The translations under genes and the position numbers were made by a program. Below are positions 31,059 through 38,454 of a DNA stretch of 38,454 bases, piece by piece; within the stretch, counting starts at the first letter, position 1, and each line of letters begins with the position of its first letter. The notes beneath the pieces were generated by a model. The model made no database searches. It was not told where the DNA came from and saw only the letters and a program-made list of their open reading frames with translations. The DNA comes from Salisapilia sapeloensis CBS 127946 (lineage: Eukaryota; Protista; Oomycota). The stretch lies in contig JAADVB010000184.1 of NCBI GenBank assembly GCA_023334545.1, positions 1 to 38,454 of the forward strand. The letters run 5' to 3'.

Positions 31059-33044
31059 TTAACAATTCTCTTGTTTCTTTGCCTCTCGCCTCGCCAGTAG
31101 CCACGCCGTGCCGATCCAAACGAGGCTCCAGACGGACCAAAAGAGACAGAAACGGAACCCGAGACGATAGCCACAAGCTTCATCACATGTATCGTCAAAG
31201 TCGTGACTCAAAACAAAGGACATGACAACGCCCGTCAAGTACGGAGATAAGGCGTATCCAAACAGGTTGAACGTCATGACACTGAGGGAAGACGCCAGTG
31301 CTCGATGAGTCGCTGGGACCGTCGACAAAAAGATGCCAGTGCATGCAGGCAGGATGGAACCGCCAAAGAAGAGCAGCAGCCATAGGAACGCTGCAGTCAG
31401 GTACAAATCGCTCAAAAACGTCGTCACTGCAGCGATAGCAAAGGCAGTTCCGCCCAATACCATGCACAGACCAAGCGCTCGAGCTCGTTGCTCCACGCCG
31501 AGGTACCCTCCAGCGCGATCGACGAGCCATCCACCGGCAAAGACACCGAGTATCGGACCGGTGCCGGCGATGACAACGAAGAGTGCGTTTACTACATATT
31601 TACTAGCATCTAGCGACTTGATCATGAAGATCGTGCTCCAGTACTGGACACCTGTGACGACAAAGTAGACTGCCGTGAGGCCAAAAACGAGCAGCCAGAA
31701 GATCGGCACTTGGATGAGTTCCCACATACCTTCCAGCACGTTTCCTTGCTGGAACTCCATCGCTTCGTTGAATTCGTCATCATAGTACGACTGTTCCACG
31801 AGTGACGGCGACCGCAACGGCGTCGACAAGAGCGTCTCCAACGCTCCGTATCGTGATGGAGAGGAGCGAGGAGGCTGGTCTTTGTCCGTGACGTCGCTCG
31901 TTCCCGACTCGAGTGTGCTCTGACGGAAACTCTGGCGTCGGTTCTCCATACTCTGTGGCGTGTGGTGGAGCTGCTGATTATGATGCAGCTGCTGGAATCC
32001 ACGCTGACTGCTGCCGCCAAACATAGCTGCACTGGCTAGAAGAACATCCTCCTCATCGTGTCGACTACGCAGAGGTGTTAGCAAAGCTTCGTCCTCCGGC
32101 ATACCTGTCCTATCCGTGTGCTCCGACACGGAGCGCGGAAGGGCTTTCTTCCATACTTCCAGCAGACTATTGTTACTTAGAGAATGACGACTGCTGTCTG
32201 AGGACGGTGGGGCCGTGTTGTGGCTTGTGATGGACGCAGCTTTCTCCAGTTCATTGTCTTCGTTGCTGCTGCTGCTACCACTGTTGCTCAGATCGACACT
32301 GGTCGCAGGACTGCGCGTGGCTTCGCTTCGAATGACCAGGTACTTGTCCGGTACGAAGAAGACGGCGACTGAGATGGGGCACATGGCCAGGAATTGAAGC
32401 GCAAATGGCCAGCGCCACGTTTCCATGTAGGCTGTTGGGACGACCCAGTTGGAAACTGTGCCGATAAAGTAGCCGACCATGACACCCATCGGGACACTGC
32501 CCTGGAGGTAGCTCATCCACCCCGCTACTTTTTCACGAGGCGCGTATTCATCGACCCATAGAGGCGTGTAGACACATGGGAAGGCTTGTGTGAATCCGAC
32601 CAGGGCACGTGCGGCGATCATGAGGTTCGCGCTGTTCGCTAGTCCGACCGGCGTGCAAGCCAGAATGAGCATGGCGAGGTTATTTAGAATGAGGGTGACG
32701 CCTAGCACAAGTCGAGGGCTAAAGCGCTGGAGTAGCATGGCACAGAGAGGGGAAGCAGCGGATAGAGCGAGGTAGACGACGCCACCAAGCGCTCCTTGTT
32801 GCTGGGCGGACATGCTGAGAGAGATACTCAGTTGATCCAAGAGACACGGGATGGCACCCGCCTCCAAGTAGACTACGACTTGGGTCAAGAGCAAGTACTT
32901 GAACAAGTACGAAGCTTCCGAACGCATGCGTTGGACGTACTTCTCACGCCTCTCTTCTCGCGTCATTTTATGATTCGAAAGACTAGCCGATTTGGCGGAC
33001 TGTGGAGCCGCCTGTGTCTTCACTGGCACCTCAAACGTAACCAT
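31059..33044 (-). CDS. Spinster-like major facilitator superfamily transporter, about 661 aa
   Basis: Two six-helix bundles (YLEAGAIP, ARALVGFTQAF..YTPLWVDEYAP, WRWPF; YFVVTGVQYW, GVFAGGWLVD, LLFFGGSILP, NLFGYALSPY) separated by a long hydrophilic loop. First ATG at 33044 with INR-like TCATTGCCAAGTT upstream. Confidence 0.85.
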   Translation of the reverse strand: MVTFEVPVKTQAAPQSAKSASLSNHKMTREERREKYVQRMRSEASYLFKYLLLTQVVVYLEAGAIPCLLDQLSISLSMSAQQQGALGGVVYLALSAASPLCAMLLQRFSPRLVLGVTLILNNLAMLILACTPVGLANSANLMIAARALVGFTQAFPCVYTPLWVDEYAPREKVAGWMSYLQGSVPMGVMVGYFIGTVSNWVVPTAYMETWRWPFALQFLAMCPISVAVFFVPDKYLVIRSEATRSPATSVDLSNSGSSSSNEDNELEKAASITSHNTAPPSSDSSRHSLSNNSLLEVWKKALPRSVSEHTDRTGMPEDEALLTPLRSRHDEEDVLLASAAMFGGSSQRGFQQLHHNQQLHHTPQSMENRRQSFRQSTLESGTSDVTDKDQPPRSSPSRYGALETLLSTPLRSPSLVEQSYYDDEFNEAMEFQQGNVLEGMWELIQVPIFWLLVFGLTAVYFVVTGVQYWSTIFMIKSLDASKYVVNALFVVIAGTGPILGVFAGGWLVDRAGGYLGVEQRARALGLCMVLGGTAFAIAAVTTFLSDLYLTAAFLWLLLFFGGSILPACTGIFLSTVPATHRALASSLSVMTFNLFGYALSPYLTGVVMSFVLSHDFDDTCDEACGYRLGFRFCLFWSVWSLVWIGTAWLLARREAKKQENC

Positions 33045-33406
33045 GGGTATCAATGGCGGTATAACTTGGCAATGATACAAGGAATTTAGGTAGAACAAAC
33101 GTTAGTCACTTGGACCGTGGCTCTCTTGTGTCTCGGGTTCTAGCTCGTTGCGATATTCCCTCGACACGTATCTTCTCAAGTGTGATGTCGAGCGAAATAA
33201 AAGGTCTGTGTGGCGTTTGGAAGTAGCGACACTAAAGAGTCTCTCCCGTTGATCTCCGCGATGAAGCGGATGATCGGAAGCTTTTTTAATGGGTGGGTGA
33301 TTTTACCACGTGTGGTCCATTCTCAGATCGTCCAGGCACGTAAACTTCAGATTTGTAATTCCACCTCGCAGGTGGATTCAGCAGGAAACGCACAAAACGA
33401 AAAAGG

Positions 33407-34617
33407 ATGATCCTGGCCGTCCTATTGCTCATTCTCATCGCGCTAGCGCTGCCAATACTCTTCATTGTCATCACGTGGGAACATGAACTCCTCCGCAAGT
33501 ACGTTTTCTGTATATAGACCGAAAAATATCATCAAAGGAGCGTTTGCACGTTACTAAACGCGCTTTTCTTGCTTGTAGGTACCCGATGCTTCCTGCACCG
33601 TCGGATTTAGGATCGAGGGAATTTGTCTGGCGTAGTTATTTGTCTCCATTGACACGCAGAGGATGGAAGAAGGCTGTTTTGGGCACGCCATGCCCTCGAA
33701 TTACACTGCACTGTCCGTTCGCATTGCTGTCGACAGACTTTGCCAAACTGACTACTTCGCTCGGCTTTGACGAGCTCAAGCTGGATGCTATCCCCAGTGT
33801 CTTTCCGCAGGCAGTGCTTAGCACTTTGCTACTGCAAATGGTTGGCAACTCCAACTTTCCTGCGAGCACACGACATTTGCGAGTTAAAGGCGTGAGTATC
33901 TGCCATGTCCGAAGCCTCGATATGCGCTTCCCGGACAAGGAGGTCAGCACAGAAGAGAATCCTTCGCAATTACACGTACTACTTATATCATTATATTAAA
34001 GTATTACTCTCTAATCGCCGCCATAGTGCTTGATGGTGCTAACGGACAAACGCTTCTTGGTCCACGAACTCGAATTCACAATTCAAACCGACCTATTGGA
34101 CTCGGGAGGTCTAGTATGGCAATCAACCACGCATCTTGCCGTGCCATATACACAAGAGAGCTTGGTCGTCCCACTCACGGAATCTGGCATCCGATTAGAC
34201 CAAGAGCTCATGGAAACAGTTTCAAAGGAGCCTGCACAAGATGTGATCAAGTGCACTCAGCGCAACTTTGATGAGTTTGAAAGCGTCAGTGTCTCGAACC
34301 TAACTGGCCATCGCAATGCATACACGCCCGTGATGTGGATGATAGGTCAAGTGATGTCGAAATTACAAAAGCGAGACCGGATGCCATCGCTGCCTCTATT
34401 GATTTCCAGTGAGTTGAAGGAGGAAGCTGGTAGAGTACCGATTGATACGTGCATGCAAGTGCACTCGTGGACGTCAAGTGAGACGGAGAAGCAAGATGTC
34501 AAGTTCCAGATCGAATGCGACGGTCATGGAATGGTGAACGGACTATTGCGGACGGTTGGATGGGTCACACGCAAGAGTCAGGTAGCTGAAGAAGATACTG
34601 AAACGACAGTAGTCTAA
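33407..34617 (+). CDS. Membrane-anchored MaoC/double hot-dog-fold-like protein, about 348 aa, 3 exons
   Basis: Exon 1 33407-33498 encodes a 23-aa hydrophobic anchor; intron 33499-33578 (gtacgt..tgtag); exon 2 from 33579 to 33942 (alternative donor at 33976); exon 3 34027-34617. Segments PSVFPQAV..QMVGNSNFP and TDLLDSGGLVWQSTT resemble HtdX/MaoC double hot-dog proteins. Gene structure is well supported; the family call is by eye. Confidence 0.6.
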
Positions 34618-34727
34618 ATTTGCATTTGAAACGTGGAAACCAGTAAAACATGCTTCTATGGCAAACTCGAAATAGACGCAAGTAGACCATTTAAAGCTGA
34701 AACGGATGCCGCTTTTTACCTTTGACT

Positions 34728-34746
34728 CCATTTCGCTTTTTCCTGC
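34728..34746 (+). promoter_or_regulatory. Putative INR/FPR of the DAACS gene
   Basis: CCATTTCGCTTTTTCC about 25 nt upstream of the exon-1 ATG at 34757. Confidence 0.4.
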
Positions 34747-34756
34747 CATCGAAAGT

Positions 34757-36542
34757 ATGCCGTTCAAGCGATCCAAATCATCGCATAAAGGAGGCGAATT
34801 AGAATACGATAGCAACGGCGAGCAGATCGAGCATCCGAGTCATCCTCCGGTACGTTAAGTTTGTCTCCATCTACTCCTTCGAAGCATAGTAAATAGCTGA
34901 ATGTTAGAGTGTTGCGTTGTTACAGGATAATCGTAAGAACTCACTAGCAATGTCGCCTTCTGCCGATTTCTACACTGAGCCGACGGCAGTAGGGAATGAG
35001 AAAAAGTCTCATGCGTCTGGAGGGAACTCGGAGGACAATCCTCAGTCAGTTGAAGAACCTCTAGACCAGTTGGTGGAGCCAACGTACAAGACAGCTAGTA
35101 CAGTGTATACGATCGTCGGCGCGGTCCTCGGTCTCGGACTTGGTTGCTTATTGAACAAGTACAATCCGGGGAACATTACTGCGGAATGGATCGTTCTCTT
35201 TGGACGAATCTTTCGCAATTGCGTTGGCTGCCTCACCATTCCACTCGTGTTCACTTCCGTTTCGATCTGCTTTGCCAACCTCATCAATTCCCGTAAAACT
35301 CGTCCGGTGATGATGCGAATGATGGTCAGCTTAGCTCTACTCGCGATTAGTGCAACGGTGATATCTATCGGCATCAGCTTCTTGTTTACTTTGGGTTATG
35401 AAGCGCATGTAGGCCCTTCGATCGAAGGTGTTACGGCCCAGATCAAGTTGAAATGCCCCAATGACTTGTTCATCGATCAAGAGACAGGATTCTGTCATGC
35501 AACATCATTGAAAGATGCTGCCTTCCTTACTATCTCGAATATTACTGGCATTGTTGTCGTCGACCCGGACAAAGCTCGCGTGGATCTAACGTTCCCGGAG
35601 CAAGTTGCCATTTTCTTTGATAACGTCTTCGTGGAAAACATTGCCGATGCCTTCGCTACAGACCAGTTTCTTGGCGTTGTCGTCTTCAGTATCCTTGTGG
35701 GGGCATCGATCGTACTAACACAAGACTCCCTACGCGATGGTCAAGGTCGTGACAAAGAGAACAGCATGCTAGTTTTGCTCAAGCAGGTGAACATTGTGCT
35801 CGAAACGATTCTCACATGGATCATAGGATATGCACCTCTAGCAGTCTTCTCTGAGCTCACGTACGCCTTCATGATGGGCAGCTTGACCACTGAATTCATT
35901 GAACGCTGTGCGGTCTTCGTTGGAGCGCTTGGTGTTTCCTTGACCATCCATCTCCTAATAGTCTGCGTCGGCTATTTTATCTTGGTGGGCAAAAGTCCAA
36001 TGCATTTCTTCTGGCACTTGCTACCAGGACTGTTCTACTTCTTTTCGACAGGATCGTACATAGCTGCTCTGCCAGTTCTCATGCGATCGATTGAGAGCTC
36101 ACGCCAAATCTCCAGAACGTTGTGCCAATGCGCAATGTCAATAGGTATCGCCGTAAGCTCTTGTGGTGCAGGAGCATTTTACGTCACTGCCATCATCTAC
36201 ATGGCCTACACAGAAGGCAGAGCTGAGGAATTGAATGTGGGCAACGTGATCCTCCTGGTCGTTGTATCAACTCTCAGCTCGTTCGGAGATGCGCACGAAC
36301 AGGCTTCAGCTCGAACGACTGTCATGACGATCTGGATGCTCGTCATCGACACCGACCTGCCGCCTAGTGCATTCAACTACATCGTCCTTAGCGAATGGAT
36401 CATATCGCGCATGAGGCGTGTCCACAACGTTCTCGTTGTGTCGCTTGTGGCTCGCATCTTGGCTGACCAGCTCGATGAGACAGCTGAAGATGAAGAAGAC
36501 CGTCAGAGCGCCGGTCGAATTAGGCACGTGGGTTCCTACTAG
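34757..36542 (+). CDS. Dicarboxylate/amino acid:cation symporter (DAACS/SLC1) family protein, divergent, 569 aa, 2 exons
   Basis: Upstream exon 34757-34849 (MPFKRSKS..HPP), not in the ORF track, joins in phase 0 through a 76-nt intron (gtacgt..ttacag) to 34926. Motifs GAVLGLGLG, LFGRIF..C..LTIPLVFTS, NIADAF..QFLGVVVFS, WIIGYAP; Cys-containing extracellular loop typical of oomycete DAACS. Confidence 0.85.
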
Positions 36543-36614
36543 AGTGGACATGTTATGCGAAGGACTCTTGATCAACTGCTAAACGCTAATCGGATACACA
36601 TTTTCTTTTTCTTA

Positions 36615-37139
36615 CTACCTATCCTTGAAGTCGATTGCCTGGTTGGCGAGCTGATCTGCTCGCTTATTGTCTGCCCTCAAAACGTGTTGGAAAGTAACTT
36701 TCTTCCCGACGGATTCCATCTGCGTGACCTCTTCTAGGCAGTCCCGATGGAGCTGCTTCAATTTAGCTGCTTTGACTTTATATTGGCCTTGCATTTGCCG
36801 AACAATGAGCTGCGAATCCATGTACACAACGAGTTCATCAAACTGATCAAGATGCTTCTCGGCGAGACCTAGCGCCAGTAAAAGTCCAGAATATTCCGCT
36901 CCGTTATTGGTTTCCTGGTCTCCCAAGTAGAGGCAAGATTCAGTAATCACTCGCTGCGTCTTTGGATCCATTAAAAGCGCACCACAGCCACTGAGACCAG
37001 GATTCCCGCGACTCGCACCATCTGCATACGCGTGCAAGATCAATGCTGTCTGCTCTGTCCCTGTCTGCGTACTCATAAACCGCCTCGCTGGCCTTAAGCA
37101 AGTTCGAGGATGCTTGCGCAGTAGAGTGATTGCCCGCAT
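36615..37139 (-). CDS. rnhA: Standalone archaeal-type ribonuclease HI with N-terminal mitochondrial-type presequence, 174 aa
   Basis: YADGASRGNPG, TNNGAEY.GL, MDSQLIVRQMQGQYKVK, HVLRADNKRADQLAN give the D-E-D-D catalytic set with Arg in the His-loop position. First ATG at 37139; no RT or integrase nearby. Confidence 0.9.
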   Translation of the reverse strand: MRAITLLRKHPRTCLRPARRFMSTQTGTEQTALILHAYADGASRGNPGLSGCGALLMDPKTQRVITESCLYLGDQETNNGAEYSGLLLALGLAEKHLDQFDELVVYMDSQLIVRQMQGQYKVKAAKLKQLHRDCLEEVTQMESVGKKVTFQHVLRADNKRADQLANQAIDFKDR

Positions 37140-37600
37140 TCTTGATCTCGAGCACTTGTTTCGACTCGTATGCCGACCAACGAAAGCGAAAAAGTGCAAA
37201 GATGGCTTCACCGCATTTGACTTGGTTTTTGTATGCTATATGGAGTGAATACTTGATCTTTGTCCTTGGAGCTGCCATTCGGATCGATCTGATCGTTGTT
37301 CGTTTATGGAGGGACTTCGTCGATAGCCCGTTTCGCTAGCACGCCGTCCATGTTCGTGGTTGACATGTCTCTTTGAGCAAATCTAATCGGGAAATGATAC
37401 CTCGCGAAGGGCACGTAAGACCAGCATAGCACCACCTGCTTCCATGAATAGAGAGATTATATCTAATCTACTACCAGATCATTTTCAAGCACTACAGAGA
37501 CTACAAAAACTATGCTCGCTCAAATGTCAATCCTTAGCAATTAAAAAGTAATTTAGAATATTATTTTTTTAATAATTTTTTATAATTATTATATTAACAA

Positions 37601-37673
37601 GCCCGTCTAGCTCAGTCGGTAGAGCGCAAGACTCTTAATCTTGTGGTCGTGGGTTCGAGCCCCACGGTGGGCG
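37601..37673 (+). tRNA. tRNA-Lys(CTT)
   Basis: GCCCGTCTAGCTCAGTCGGTAGAGCGCAAGACTCTTAATCTTGTGGTCGTGGGTTCGAGCCCCACGGTGGGCG: canonical cloverleaf, anticodon CTT at 37634-37636, T-run terminator at about 37679. Confidence 0.97.
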
Positions 37674-38454
37674 CTTCCTTTTTAATGCTGCGAAGCCTTT
37701 CCCTGTTCCCTGAAGATGGGGCTCGGTGGGGTAACTGTGTACCAATCGCTTTCGCAACAAGTTGACTAGCCTCTGAATTAGCTTTAAAACGCTCGCAAAA
37801 CATACATTTTATTCTAGATCATAGTTTTTAGCGAAGATTGGCCCAACAATTTCCTCAAGCATTAAACTGGTTAGCATGCATGGATCTTCACCGACTACAG
37901 TCAGTCGGTTTAGGATCTTGACAAAGAGAGAGCTTGTGCCAAGTATGACATCAAAATGGAAGCGAAAGCCAAGTTGAAGTTCAAAACAGCCGGACTCTAG
38001 ATTACTGGTAATACATCCTTTTTGTATCCGAAGGCAACTGCTCAATGTTGTCAAGTGGCTTAGCGGTATGCGCTAGCATAAAATAATCCAGCATCAATTG
38101 ACTGCTGAGATCAAGAGTCTACCAGCATAAGTTGTACCTACCAGATTTAGCTATATACTCATCCAGACTTTATTGTCCTTTGCATATGCTCCAGCACTAT
38201 CTCACGCACTGGTTTTTTTTCAAATGATCTTGCACACCCCTATAGTTGTATCCGTAGCCAACGGCACAATAATACCGATCGTTTCCTTATAAACCAGGGA
38301 CTACATTTGTCACGATAAACTTGTTGGAAACCAGCGCTTTGAGAGGAAACCATCAGTACTTGGCGTATGGAGATCAACTGACAGCAGATCATGGACACCT
38401 TAATATTGTTGTACATCCAACGATTATATGACGGTCTCATTACTGGTGGCAATG

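Noticed and set aside
36615-37673. RNase H plus nearby tRNA as an LTR-retrotransposon remnant
   Set aside because: No RT, integrase, gag or LTR; the RNase H has a presequence and the tRNA is a complete gene with its own terminator.
436-37673. tRNA genes near both window ends as borders of an integrated island
   Set aside because: Contents are ordinary intron-bearing eukaryotic housekeeping genes; no integrase or duplicated tRNA 3' end.

Overview
Gene-dense eukaryotic window that reads as an oomycete (Pythium/Phytophthora-type) core-genome segment. The evidence is a pentafunctional AROM, an elicitin-like GPI-type protein, an oomycete-type H+-ATPase with a large extracellular insertion, an oomycete-style bZIP, short 57-84 nt GT-AG introns and INR/FPR plus CCAAT promoter motifs. 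I can support 15 intact protein-coding genes (six rebuilt across introns by hand), one EGF-like pseudogene with four in-frame stops, and two tRNA genes (Val-AAC, Lys-CTT). No intact transposon, CRISPR array or rRNA is visible, and I see no clear-cut new multi-gene system. The most interesting signals are: (i) two adjacent genes that look like dead-motif paralogs, a membrane-anchored MaoC/hot-dog protein lacking the hydratase motif and a DAACS transporter lacking Na+ and substrate ligands; (ii) an H+-ATPase ending in a plant-like penultimate Thr (SRTV) with TGEA in place of TGES; (iii) a standalone archaeal-type RNase HI with a mitochondrial presequence and a second in-frame Met; (iv) an AROM whose only intron sits at the DHQase/shikimate-dehydrogenase junction and carries an in-frame stop. 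All family calls come from motif recognition by eye; no database search was run.
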